This document shows positions 1 through 8,124 of a stretch of DNA of 64,000 nucleotides, piece after piece. The notes below the pieces were generated by a model. The model saw only the letters and a program-made list of their open reading frames with translations. It made no database searches and was not told the origin of the DNA. The DNA lies in IMG/VR virus record IMGVR_UViG_3300018962_000001, positions 121,705 through 185,704 of that record. The stretch is one strand, 5' to 3'. The position numbers and the translations under genes are program-made. The first letter of the stretch is position 1. Every line of letters starts with the position of its first letter. This DNA is from a virus.

Positions 1-199
1 GAGCGCGCCCGACGATGCGATCCTGGATTTCTTCTGTGGGTCCGGGACAACGGGCGTGGTTGGTGCGGCGCTGGGGCGGCATCCAACCTTGTGTGATCGC
101 AACCCGATCGCGATTGAGAAGGCCGTGTATCGCCTGCGCCGCCTGGACCCCGTTCCAGACGTGCATGTGTGGCGCTACGCGACTGATCCGATAGCATGA
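1..199 (+). CDS. 3' part of an N6-adenine/N4-cytosine DNA methyltransferase (runs off the left edge)
   Basis: Frame 2 reads SAPDDAILDFFCGSGTTGVVGAALGRH...; LDFFCGSGTT is the SAM-binding motif I (FxGxG), located C-terminally as in beta-class MTases; TGA at 197-199. Confidence 0.85.
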   Translation, partial: SAPDDAILDFFCGSGTTGVVGAALGRHPTLCDRNPIAIEKAVYRLRRLDPVPDVHVWRYATDPIA

Positions 200-204
200 G
201 ATAC

Positions 205-290
205 GGAAGGACAAGCCGATTGGCGACGGCATCCGGCTCGAACCCGGACGAGCGCAAGCCTTGGGGGTTCAACTCCCTCTCCTTCCGCCA
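205..290 (+). tRNA. tRNA-Ser(CGA)
   Basis: Acceptor GGAAGGA/TCCTTCC, anticodon loop CT-CGA-AC, long variable arm, GGTTCAACTCC T-arm, encoded GCCA end. Confidence 0.9.
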
Positions 291-312
291 GAAACCTTGA
301 AAGGATGAGCCA

Positions 313-576
313 ATGCCCCATGTACCACCATTTGAGCCAGATTTAGACCAGCCCACGTTTAGTTCCGAGCAGTGGGATGCGATCGAAGCCTTGCAGCGAG
401 TATTCAAGCGTTGCGCGCGCTTAGGTATCGGTATGTATGCGCAGTGCGATACGTTATATGTCTTTCAGGCTGCCGAAGAAGCCAAAATCCCGATTGCAGA
501 GATTCATGACTTTTTACAGCGGCGCGGCCACGACATCGACCATCATCGAGTCTTTAAAGATTGCGGAGCGTTCTAG
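313..576 (+). CDS. hypothetical phage protein
   Basis: 87-aa ORF with AAGGA RBS upstream, filling the gap between two tRNAs. Confidence 0.6.
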   Translation: MPHVPPFEPDLDQPTFSSEQWDAIEALQRVFKRCARLGIGMYAQCDTLYVFQAAEEAKIPIAEIHDFLQRRGHDIDHHRVFKDCGAF

Positions 577-588
577 CGGATTGACTAC

Positions 589-664
589 GCCCGCATAGCT
601 CAGTGGACAGAGCAGCAGCCTTCTAAGCTGCGTGTCGCCGGTTCGATCCCGGCTGCGGGTGCCA
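589..664 (+). tRNA. tRNA-Arg(TCT)
   Basis: GCCCGCA/TGCGGGT acceptor, TAGCTCAGTGGACAGAGC D-arm, GCAGC-CT TCT AA-GCTGC anticodon arm, GGTTCGATCCC T-arm, GCCA end. Confidence 0.92.
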
Positions 665-668
665 GAGC

Positions 669-908
669 ATGATCGTGAAAGGAGACTCGATGCCGCTTGA
701 TCCCTTTGCGCGAACCTATGCGGGTTGGGCCGAGGCATTCAGCATCTTTGCCCGCTATCCTGATGACGAACCGGGAGTTGCCGTTGAACGGGATAAAATT
801 CTGGCTGGGCCAGATCCCAATATCGTCTCGCTTCCCGACCTGGCCCGGCTGCTGGCATTAGGGTGGTATTCTGATGACACCCTGGAATGCTTTTATCGTC
901 TGGTCTAA
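669..908 (+). CDS. hypothetical phage protein
   Basis: ORF track; AAGGAG RBS suggests the real start may be the ATG at 690. Confidence 0.55.
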   Translation: MIVKGDSMPLDPFARTYAGWAEAFSIFARYPDDEPGVAVERDKILAGPDPNIVSLPDLARLLALGWYSDDTLECFYRLV

Positions 909-919
909 GGGGATCGCCG

Positions 920-1138
920 ATGCGTCCAGTCATTCATATGTGTGGCGTGGTGATCGAATATCTCCGCGAATCAGGATTCTTTGATCCGAGAACCTATGAG
1001 CAGATTCACCAATGTCCCCAGTGCAAGGAATACCTGTGCCTGACCGACTGCCTGGATTTGGGAGGCCAGCCCGTGTTTATTCCGTTTCAGAGTGACTGGA
1101 GCCGCCGCCGCCGCCGGGAACGAGGATGGCCTGAGTAG
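920..1138 (+). CDS. small Cys-containing (putative zinc-binding) protein
   Basis: MRPVIHMCG...QCPQCKEYLC; AAGGGG upstream of ATG 920. Confidence 0.5.
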   Translation: MRPVIHMCGVVIEYLRESGFFDPRTYEQIHQCPQCKEYLCLTDCLDLGGQPVFIPFQSDWSRRRRRERGWPE

Positions 1139-1141
1139 TCC

Positions 1142-1170
1142 TTGACAACAGCGTAAATATGCGCTATCCT
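1142..1170 (+). promoter_or_regulatory. sigma70-type promoter with shared spacer motif
   Basis: TTGACA-acagcgtaaatatgcgc(17)-TATCCT. Confidence 0.7.
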
Positions 1171-1206
1171 GGTGGAAACGATGGATAGCTGAAAGGATCA
1201 GGCACC

Positions 1207-1860
1207 ATGTCTCAAGGACCAACGAGTGGATCGGACGATGATCGCGAGGTTGAAGGAATTGTCCGGCTCGGACTCAGGACCTATCTTGGCCGGATTTGTA
1301 CCAAGTGTCAGCAGCCCCTCGCAACCCAGGGGGATTGCATTACGAACATTCACGTGGGCGGCGGCGAGATTCAACATTTCGACTGCCACTATGATCGGAC
1401 AACCCTCGCACCAGGGGCATTGGAGCTGCCCGCCTGGGCGATTCAGGATCTGGAACGGCTAGGGGATGATCGCGCGCAATTCTTCCGTCCACGTGTGGCC
1501 TGGACTCCCACGATTATCGTGGAACGAGTACCTCCACCCTTGTTGACGACAACTGTTCCCCTACAACAGCTCATGGTCGATAGTCGAACCGCCCTGGATA
1601 CCTTGGATGTGGAGCTTCAATCGCCGGTGGACGATAGCCCCAAGGCAGGCGACCGGATTCGCTTCTTAGCCACGCCGGAGACGAGCGGGCGCGGGATTGC
1701 GGGCGGCCCTGGCGTGATTGAGTCGGTGCTTGAAGGAGGCACCGAAGTGCTGGCGTTGTACACCGATCCACTCTTTGGCCCGGCAGGACCGTATCGATTG
1801 CCCGTTACAGCGATCGAGGTCGTTCGTCCAGCCCAGGAGCGACCGCATGCCCAAGATTGA
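1207..1860 (+). CDS. hypothetical protein
   Basis: 217-aa ORF downstream of a promoter and AAGGA RBS; CxxC near the N-terminus. Confidence 0.6.
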   Translation: MSQGPTSGSDDDREVEGIVRLGLRTYLGRICTKCQQPLATQGDCITNIHVGGGEIQHFDCHYDRTTLAPGALELPAWAIQDLERLGDDRAQFFRPRVAWTPTIIVERVPPPLLTTTVPLQQLMVDSRTALDTLDVELQSPVDDSPKAGDRIRFLATPETSGRGIAGGPGVIESVLEGGTEVLALYTDPLFGPAGPYRLPVTAIEVVRPAQERPHAQD

Positions 1861-2146
1861 AGTTACAACGATCTATGGCGTGAATACGCAAACGCCGATC
1901 GTTGAGATTCGATTTCCCAAGCCCGCCAAAGGAGCGCCCCCACATCGGGAACGCCTAATCCAGATGACGGTCCCTGAAGCGCGGAACCTGGCGGTTAATA
2001 TCTTGCAAGCGGCAGAAGCAGCTATTCAGGATGCATTTCTGGTCGAGTTCTTTAAGGAGCTGGGAATCGATGACGCGGAGGTGTCAGCCCTTCTCTCGCA
2101 GTATCGTCTCCGTCGCCGTGATCGCCAAACCGATTCCACAGCCTAG
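1847..2146 (+). CDS. hypothetical protein
   Basis: MPKIEVTTIYG...; AGGAG RBS before ATG 1847. Confidence 0.6.
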   Translation: MPKIEVTTIYGVNTQTPIVEIRFPKPAKGAPPHRERLIQMTVPEARNLAVNILQAAEAAIQDAFLVEFFKELGIDDAEVSALLSQYRLRRRDRQTDSTA

Positions 2147-2164
2147 CCAGGAGCAGAACAGGTA

Positions 2165-2401
2165 GTGGATATTCCCGATCTCGTCCTAAGCCGGAATCAG
2201 GAGCGCGTGGTGAAACGGACGGCCACCGTCGTGATGACGCGCAGTCGCGATGTTGGTTCGGCGGATCATCGTCCGACCTTCACCTACCACGTGTACTTCT
2301 ACGAGGACGGCACCTGGCATCAGCAGCGCGGTCTGTCGGGAGTCAAACGGGACGTGGAACGGTCCTATCGTGGATGGACCGCTGCCGTTGAGTTAGGGTG
2401 A
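2165..2401 (+). CDS. hypothetical protein
   Basis: 78-aa ORF, GTG start, AGGAG upstream. Confidence 0.5.
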   Translation: MDIPDLVLSRNQERVVKRTATVVMTRSRDVGSADHRPTFTYHVYFYEDGTWHQQRGLSGVKRDVERSYRGWTAAVELG

Positions 2402-2460
2402 ATCCCTAGCAAGGATCTCATCCTCCTGGATCATGGATGTCGGGCGAAAGGAGTGCTCTG

Positions 2461-2658
2461 ATGCGAATCTGGGGGATTGGTTGGCTGGGCCGTCCGTCGT
2501 TCTGGGAGGGCATCGCCCGCATTGTCGATCTGGGGGGGACGCTGAGTGATCCCTTGCCCGATTCCGACTATCAGGGATGGAACGCAGATCAGGCGGCTCT
2601 TGCCGAGGATTGGCGTGTCGTGCTGGATGATCTGCTGCGGTTCCCACCACACGAGTAA
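2461..2658 (+). CDS. hypothetical protein
   Basis: AAGGAG RBS before ATG 2461. Confidence 0.5.
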   Translation: MRIWGIGWLGRPSFWEGIARIVDLGGTLSDPLPDSDYQGWNADQAALAEDWRVVLDDLLRFPPHE

Positions 2659-2668
2659 GGAGCGCTGG

Positions 2669-2908
2669 ATGCCATTTCGGCCATCGCCACGTCGTCTGGT
2701 CCGCTGGGGATCAGCCGGTGCAATGCACCGGCTCTATGAGTATCTCTTTGCGATCCCGTACCTGGGCATGGTCTGCCCGATCTGTGATGTGCCGATTGAC
2801 GATCTCGACACGTTTAAACAGGCCCGGTTCGGCCATCCCGGCGATCTGGTGCATCGGGCCTGTTGGCCGATCTACCTTATACGCTACCCGAAGGATCATC
2901 CACGATGA
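2669..2908 (+). CDS. hypothetical protein with CxxC...HxxC zinc-finger-like motif
   Basis: AAGGAG RBS; CPICD...VHRAC. Confidence 0.5.
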   Translation: MPFRPSPRRLVRWGSAGAMHRLYEYLFAIPYLGMVCPICDVPIDDLDTFKQARFGHPGDLVHRACWPIYLIRYPKDHPR

Positions 2909-3312
2909 CACCGATACGACGACTTACCTCGGCTGAGGAGCACCAGGAAGCGCTGGAACGCCTGGGCACACTTGTGGAATCTGATCCGCCCCGCGATAGC
3001 CCACTCGGCCAGGAAGCGTATCTCCTGGGGCTGGTAATCGAGGACTATGAACGCCAGGCGTTCCCGATGCGATTTCCCGATCCCATTGACGCCATTCACT
3101 TTCGGATGGAGCAGCAGGGTCTAGGATTGGGCGATCTCGTTCCCATCCTCGGAACACGCGTTGTCGTTTATGAGGTAATGCACCGACAGCGTCGTCTGAC
3201 TCTCTCGATGATCCGCAAAATCCATGCGGCCCTCAAGATTCCAGCCGAGAGCTTAATCCAACCGTACTTCCTGACTGGAAAGGGTCCATACGATGATGCG
3301 AGGATCACATGA
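2905..3312 (+). CDS. higA: HigA-like antitoxin / XRE-HTH transcriptional regulator
   Basis: EEHQEALERL...LLGLVIEDYE...PDPIDAIHFRMEQQGL..DLVPILG...EVMHRQRRLTLSMIRKIHAALKIPAESLI matches the HigA antitoxin pattern. Confidence 0.8.
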   Translation: MTPIRRLTSAEEHQEALERLGTLVESDPPRDSPLGQEAYLLGLVIEDYERQAFPMRFPDPIDAIHFRMEQQGLGLGDLVPILGTRVVVYEVMHRQRRLTLSMIRKIHAALKIPAESLIQPYFLTGKGPYDDARIT

Positions 3313-3620
3313 TCTATGTTGATGAACTCCGTCGCTACTTCCAAGCGCCCAAGCCAGGATCGGAGCGCTGGTTTGGCAATGGCAAAGAGTCCTGCCACCT
3401 GACCGCAGACACCCCGGAGGAGCTGCATGCCTTTGCCCAGCGACTCGGCCTCCGGCGATCGTGCGCACAAAGTAGTGGCTATACCCTTCACTATGATCTC
3501 ATTCCGCAGAAGCGCGCACGCGCCGTCGCGCTTGGGGCCAGGGAAGTCACCGCACGCGAGCGTGCGCGGATGATCGCGGCGCAGATTGAAAAGGATCGCC
3601 CTGATGTGTCCGGCGTGTGA
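3309..3620 (+). CDS. DUF4031-family protein
   Basis: MIYVD...SCHLTADTPEELHAFAQRLGLRR...HYDL...RARAVALGAREV is the typical DUF4031 signature. Confidence 0.8.
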   Translation: MIYVDELRRYFQAPKPGSERWFGNGKESCHLTADTPEELHAFAQRLGLRRSCAQSSGYTLHYDLIPQKRARAVALGAREVTARERARMIAAQIEKDRPDVSGV

Positions 3621-3861
3621 GGGGCGGGGGGGATCGGAGGTTATCGCCTGTCCGGGCGCACGGCTCCTGTGGAAGTCCTGCGGGGCATGCGGGGGACGCG
3701 GAACCATGACCGAGGCCGAGATCGCGGCGTATCACGAGCGGCAGGTGGTTGCGCGGGCCTTGCGCGAGGACCGGCGGCGGCGGCGGCGGACGATCGCCGA
3801 GGAAGCGGCGGCGCGCGGGATGGATCTGGTTGCCTATAGTCGGTTGGAACGGGGGTATTGA
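3604..3861 (+). CDS. small protein with two CxxCxGxG (DnaJ-type zinc finger) motifs and an HTH-like C-terminus
   Basis: CPACEGRGG...CGACGGRG; TIAEEAAARGMDLVAYSRLERG. Confidence 0.55.
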   Translation: MCPACEGRGGSEVIACPGARLLWKSCGACGGRGTMTEAEIAAYHERQVVARALREDRRRRRRTIAEEAAARGMDLVAYSRLERGY

Positions 3862-4658
3862 TGGAGGGTGGATCGAGTCTCCAGGAAATCCGCGCGGTGG
3901 ATCTGTGGATGGCGGTGCAGTATTTGAGTTGGGAACCGCTGGGCGAGGATCGCTACGCCACGCCTGACGGGGAGCGGCGGGCAGATGACGCTCCCTATCT
4001 CACGAGCAGCTGGGATTGGATGCTTCCACACCTCCCGCCCGGATGGTATGTATTCCGGGTTGAGCGCCTTGATCTGTGGAATGTCTGTGAGCGACGTTGG
4101 CCGTATGCGCCTGATCGGATCTGGGCACAACACTGGAATGGCCCTCTGGCGATTGGCCTTGCCCTCCAAGCGCATGCCCAGGGCCAGATCCATCAGATCC
4201 CGCTTGATCCCAAGAACCCGTGGCTCTACATCGATGTCGATGGCGTGTTGAACGGTACCTATGAGGGATGGGTCCAACTCCGCCCAAATGCGATCGGCTT
4301 TCTTCGGTGGTGTACGGAGCATTTTAATTGTTTCTGGCTGACACGCTGGCCGAAATCTGAGCGTGATCGGCTGCTGCGGCTCTTATACGCGAGTGATTTG
4401 ATCCCAAAGATCCGAGAAACGCCCTATACCTCCTCAAAAGTTGATGCACTCGACTTAACGCAGGATTTCTACTGGATCGAGGATGGTATTCTGCCCGATG
4501 AACAGGCACGGTTAGACAGCCTGGGGAAAGGCGATCGGTATCTTGCGGTGCATGCCGAAGGCAAAGATGAGCTGGATCGTATTCAGGGCGAGCTTCGGAA
4601 GATTCTCGTCGATCGGATCAAAGAGCGGCTCCAGGACCGACACCGGAGGACGGAATGA
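3858..4658 (+). CDS. protein with C-terminal HAD-superfamily phosphatase-like domain
   Basis: LYIDVDGVLN (DxD motif I), FWLTRW (motif II), FYWIED (motif IV). Confidence 0.6.
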   Translation: MMEGGSSLQEIRAVDLWMAVQYLSWEPLGEDRYATPDGERRADDAPYLTSSWDWMLPHLPPGWYVFRVERLDLWNVCERRWPYAPDRIWAQHWNGPLAIGLALQAHAQGQIHQIPLDPKNPWLYIDVDGVLNGTYEGWVQLRPNAIGFLRWCTEHFNCFWLTRWPKSERDRLLRLLYASDLIPKIRETPYTSSKVDALDLTQDFYWIEDGILPDEQARLDSLGKGDRYLAVHAEGKDELDRIQGELRKILVDRIKERLQDRHRRTE

Positions 4659-5170
4659 CAGACACAGCAAAACCTCGCCATGCCGCAGGAACAACGGTCG
4701 GTGTGGATCGATCCCAAGCGGAGATTAAAAAGCTCCTTCGGGATCATGGGGCAACCGGCATCGCGTTCGGCTGGCGCGCTGATCCTCCGGCGCATGTGGT
4801 GGCGTTTGAAATCGACGATCGCAAGATTCGCTTCGTGCTGACCCTCCCGACACACGAATCCTTTCGTGTGCAATACCGTGGAGCGGTGGCTGCGCGCGAA
4901 CGGACGCCAGGGGAGATTCGGAAGGTGGCGGACCAGGAAGAACAACGCCTGTGGCGAAGCCTGGCCGCGACCATCAAGGCTCGTCTCATTGCAATCGCCG
5001 ACCATATTGAAACGGTCGAACAAGCCTTTCATGCCTATCTGGTCATGGCGAACGGACAAACGCTGGGAGAATGGTCAGCCCCGCAAATTGCTGCGATGTA
5101 TGACTCCGGCGCGATGCCACCCATCCTACCCGGCCTGCCGGATGCTGCGCCGCCGCAGTTAACGGACTAG
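4655..5170 (+). CDS. hypothetical phage protein
   Basis: 171-aa ORF translationally coupled (ATGA overlap) to the upstream gene. Confidence 0.65.
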   Translation: MTDTAKPRHAAGTTVGVDRSQAEIKKLLRDHGATGIAFGWRADPPAHVVAFEIDDRKIRFVLTLPTHESFRVQYRGAVAARERTPGEIRKVADQEEQRLWRSLAATIKARLIAIADHIETVEQAFHAYLVMANGQTLGEWSAPQIAAMYDSGAMPPILPGLPDAAPPQLTD

Positions 5171-5400
5171 AATATGCTATACTACCCGTGTCTTGGATCG
5201 AGGGGCGTGGTTGACACGCAGGCGGAGTGGCCCGGACCCGGAGCGCGCAGCCGAGTTCGGTGACCCAGCAAGTCGTCACGGGTGACATCCGATAGTCGGA
5301 ATCGAGAACCGCGGCTCGTTCTGACCCGATCCTCGCCACGTCCGCGTGGCGGAACGATCTTTGCAGATGCCCTTCTGACGACCAACAGGAGGGCGTTTGT

Positions 5401-6081
5401 ATGCCAGCGAAACAAGAGCGACGGAAATCTCCCCAACGCACGCCACGGAAGGGCCTGGATATGCAGGCCAAGTTCACCCTGGAAGTCCGGCGTGTGCTCG
5501 GAGCCGAACAGAGTGGCCTGGAAGCGTTGCGCCAATTCAGCCAGGAGGCGCAGAATCCCAGTTTACGGGCGACGCTCGATCATCATGCGACGGAAACCGA
5601 GCAGCAGATCGAGCGGTTGGAGGAAGTCTTAACGCTGTTGGGTGGGGCCACCAAGCCGGAAAAAGATGCCGTGACGGAAGCGCTGCGCAAGGACACGGAC
5701 AAACTGCTGAAACGCCTGACCGATCCAGCCCTAATCGACTGTGCCGTGTCGGCGGCGGCGGTGCGTGGTGAGCATCTGGAGATTGCCGCGTATCGCGATC
5801 TGGTCCAGGCCGCCGCAACCTTCCATCCTCAGATTCTTCAGTTGCTTCAGGCCAATCTTCAGCAGGAGGAGATGGCGGCATCACTGCTCGAAAGTAATGC
5901 GCCAGGGCTCCTCCAGGCGATTCCCGCTGAGCTGCGCGGACAGCCGGTGGCACAGCCGTCAGCGGGAGCGCCGTCACAGATCGTCACTGCCGTTCAAGAA
6001 GCGCAGGCTGTGAGCGGTACCGCGTCTGGTGATCCGATTGCCCAGCAGGCCATCGCGGATGCCGCGCAGCGTGCCCCGTAG
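5401..6081 (+). CDS. YciF/DUF892 ferritin-like protein
   Basis: AEQ..LEAL...A.NPSLRATLDHHATETEQQIERLEEVL...DCAVSAAAVRGEHLEIAAY matches DUF892; strong AGGAGG RBS. Confidence 0.75.
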   Translation: MPAKQERRKSPQRTPRKGLDMQAKFTLEVRRVLGAEQSGLEALRQFSQEAQNPSLRATLDHHATETEQQIERLEEVLTLLGGATKPEKDAVTEALRKDTDKLLKRLTDPALIDCAVSAAAVRGEHLEIAAYRDLVQAAATFHPQILQLLQANLQQEEMAASLLESNAPGLLQAIPAELRGQPVAQPSAGAPSQIVTAVQEAQAVSGTASGDPIAQQAIADAAQRAP

Positions 6082-6122
6082 CGTGGCCGATCGTCTTAGC
6101 CCCCCGAAAAGGAAGTGCTGAA

Positions 6123-6368
6123 ATGTCCACAGCCGACGAAAAAGAGCAAGCTGCTACGAAAGGGAATGAAGCGTTCCCTGATGGAAAAGTCCAGGTCGAT
6201 GCGACGGAGGTGGGTGGCGAACACCGATCGACGAATCAGGCTCCCACGGATGATTATGATCACCGCCCGGCCCAAACGCAGAGTGCGGGAACCGTAACAA
6301 CACCCGCGTCAACGCCCCAACCGCCGCAGCCCGCAACCGAGTCCGGGCCGGAAAGCGTCGGTACCTAA
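6123..6368 (+). CDS. low-complexity hydrophilic hypothetical protein
   Basis: AAGGAAG RBS; 81 aa, T/P/Q/E-rich. Confidence 0.45.
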   Translation: MSTADEKEQAATKGNEAFPDGKVQVDATEVGGEHRSTNQAPTDDYDHRPAQTQSAGTVTTPASTPQPPQPATESGPESVGT

Positions 6369-6374
6369 CAAGGC

Positions 6375-6404
6375 TTGACACCGGCTGGGCAATTCCAGTA
6401 TACT
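6375..6404 (+). promoter_or_regulatory. sigma70-type promoter
   Basis: TTGACA-18 nt-TATACT. Confidence 0.65.
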
Positions 6405-6442
6405 CATCCTATCTTCCCCAGCCGGGCACCTGCTCCCTGGCC

Positions 6443-6472
6443 CCCGCCGAGTCGCGACTCGGCGGGACTTTT
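6443..6472 (+). terminator. intrinsic terminator
   Basis: CCCGCCGAGTC-GC-GACTCGGCGGG followed by ACTTTT. Confidence 0.7.
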
Positions 6473-6485
6473 GTATGGTCATCCC

Positions 6486-6570
6486 TTGACAAGCGTATGT
6501 ATCTGCGCTATGATGGAGCTAGATAGATTGATGGCGCTGTCTTGACAAGCGCTTAAGGATACGCTACACT
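6486..6570 (+). promoter_or_regulatory. two tandem sigma70-type promoters with shared spacer motif
   Basis: TTGACA-agcgtatgtatctgcgc-TATGAT (6486-6514) and TTGACA-agcgcttaaggatacgc-TACACT (6542-6570). Confidence 0.7.
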
Positions 6571-6586
6571 ATGCGAGGAATGGTCT

Positions 6587-6802
6587 ATGCCGGAGACAAA
6601 ATTTACCGAAACCCGCGCGTTAGAATGTGTGCTTGCGGATGACGATGAGGGCTTAGCGCAGATTCTTGACGGGATGACGGAAACGGAGTTGGCACATCTC
6701 GCAAGTGCCTGCCGGTATCTTGGCACCGAGGCAATGGATGTGTGGGCGCGCAAGCGGAATACCGATCGCATCCAGGGCACGGTAGCACCAGCAGCAGATT
6801 AA
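6587..6802 (+). CDS. hypothetical protein
   Basis: GAGGA RBS; 71 aa, directly after the promoters. Confidence 0.55.
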   Translation: MPETKFTETRALECVLADDDEGLAQILDGMTETELAHLASACRYLGTEAMDVWARKRNTDRIQGTVAPAAD

Positions 6803-6803
6803 T

Positions 6804-6881
6804 GGGATGGTAGTTCAGCCTGGTTAGAACACTGGCCTGTCACGCCAGAGGTCGTGGGTTCAAATCCCATCCATCTCGCCA
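6804..6881 (+). tRNA. tRNA-Asp(GTC)
   Basis: GGGATGG/CCATCTC acceptor, CTGGC-CT GTC AC-GCCAG anticodon arm, GGTTCAAATCC T-arm, GCCA end. Confidence 0.92.
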
Positions 6882-7000
6882 CCCCAATTGCTGCCGGTCT
6901 GAGGGAGCCTTCGGGCGACATACCTCTGGATTGGGACCTACGGAGGCCTCCTGCCGTGGGCAGACAAGTGGAGGCAATACCTTAGTCGTGCGGAGGATGT

Positions 7001-7183
7001 GTGAAAATTCTTGAGCGCGGTACACCGCCGTCCGAGCCGAGCTATGAGGTTCGCTGCAAGGCCTGTGGGAGTCTCATTTGCTTTCAAGAATCCGAGGCCA
7101 AAAAGACGGAGACTCAGTTCTATGGGACATCGATTGAGATCGCGTGTCCGGTGTGCCAGCAGACGATCACCATAACTCTGTAG
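7001..7183 (+). CDS. zinc-ribbon protein
   Basis: CKACG...CPVCQ; GGAGG RBS, GTG start. Confidence 0.6.
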   Translation: MKILERGTPPSEPSYEVRCKACGSLICFQESEAKKTETQFYGTSIEIACPVCQQTITITL

Positions 7184-7206
7184 AGGGAGGTCCGTGTCGG
7201 CACTAC

Positions 7207-7283
7207 GTCCATGTAGCTTAGTTGGATAGAGCATCAGTTTGCGGAACTGAAGGCCGGGGGTTCGACTCCCTCCGTGGACGCCA
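7207..7283 (+). tRNA. tRNA-Arg(GCG)
   Basis: GTCCATG/CGTGGAC acceptor, TCAGT-TT GCG GA-ACTGA anticodon arm, GGTTCGACTCC T-arm, GCCA end. Confidence 0.88.
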
Positions 7284-7286
7284 TGA

Positions 7287-7361
7287 TCGGTCGCAGCTCG
7301 ACGGTCGAGCAACACCCTGATACGGTGCAGGCTGCTGGTTCGAATCCAGCCGACCGAACCA
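7287..7361 (+). tRNA. tRNA-Ile(GAT), with atypical C8 and a mismatch at the top of the anticodon stem
   Basis: TCGGTCG/CGACCGA acceptor, GCTC..GAGC D-stem, CT GAT AC loop, GCTGG-TTCGAAT-CCAGC T-arm, ACCA end. Confidence 0.8.
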
Positions 7362-7434
7362 AGACAATTCTTTTGTCTGCTACCTGGCCTGCCCATCCTT
7401 TTCGGATGGGCAGCGCTAGTTAAAGGAGCGGAAT

Positions 7435-8124
7435 GTGGATCATCCAATCCTATTGTGCTTTCGCTGCAAGGATCGACGCGCCGATGCCGGTGAACGATGG
7501 AAATGGCGATGGAGCGGATTTTCGCGGGGACCGTGTGCTGACTGTGGACACCGCTACGCAGAGCAATGGGACCCATGTCGACTCCTCGTGGTTGAGTTTG
7601 ACAAGGATCTCCACCCGCTCCGAGCAACGGTGGAAACGATCCGGGAGCATGGCCCACATGAGGAGGAATTTGACTGTGCCTGGAGTCGCGCCGACCAGCG
7701 TATGTACTATCATGGTGTTGGTGGTGGTCCAGCCCACTTTGGAAGGGGGAAGACCCCGTATATCGTTGCTCAGTTGCTCTGTGGGCCAGGCTCTGTCGAA
7801 TCGACCCCGGATACTCCTGCGGGGATGGGGTTCGCGCCGCATTTCGTCTGGGCAACTCCTGATGTGCGTTTGGACATCCAAAGCCGAACGTGTACGCGCC
7901 TTCCGACTCTGCCCGCTGGCTACGCCGAGATGGAGTTAATTGAGGCCTTTGAGCTTGATACGCGGACCGTGTACTGCCAGATGTGCCAGGATGAGTATGC
8001 CGATGAGATCGGACGGACCTGTGATCACTTGATCTGGTGTGACCAATGCAGTGCCTGGTCGGGGACGGGAATGGTGCGCGAGGATAGTGGCTGTGAGCAT
8101 TATCCTGAAGCGGTGGAATCCTGA
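7435..8124 (+). CDS. Cys-rich hypothetical protein (several CxxC motifs)
   Basis: AAGGAG RBS, GTG start; CFRC, CADC, CQMC, CDQC. Confidence 0.55.
   Translation: MDHPILLCFRCKDRRADAGERWKWRWSGFSRGPCADCGHRYAEQWDPCRLLVVEFDKDLHPLRATVETIREHGPHEEEFDCAWSRADQRMYYHGVGGGPAHFGRGKTPYIVAQLLCGPGSVESTPDTPAGMGFAPHFVWATPDVRLDIQSRTCTRLPTLPAGYAEMELIEAFELDTRTVYCQMCQDEYADEIGRTCDHLIWCDQCSAWSGTGMVREDSGCEHYPEAVES

Noticed and set aside
6896..6925. Hammerhead-like CTGAGGGAG-stem-CGACA
   Set aside because: The core deviates from CUGANGA/GAAA and I could not identify stems I and III.
205..7361. tRNAs as prophage attachment site or host boundary
   Set aside because: No integrase or duplicated tRNA 3' end is seen, and the tRNAs are interspersed with phage-type ORFs.
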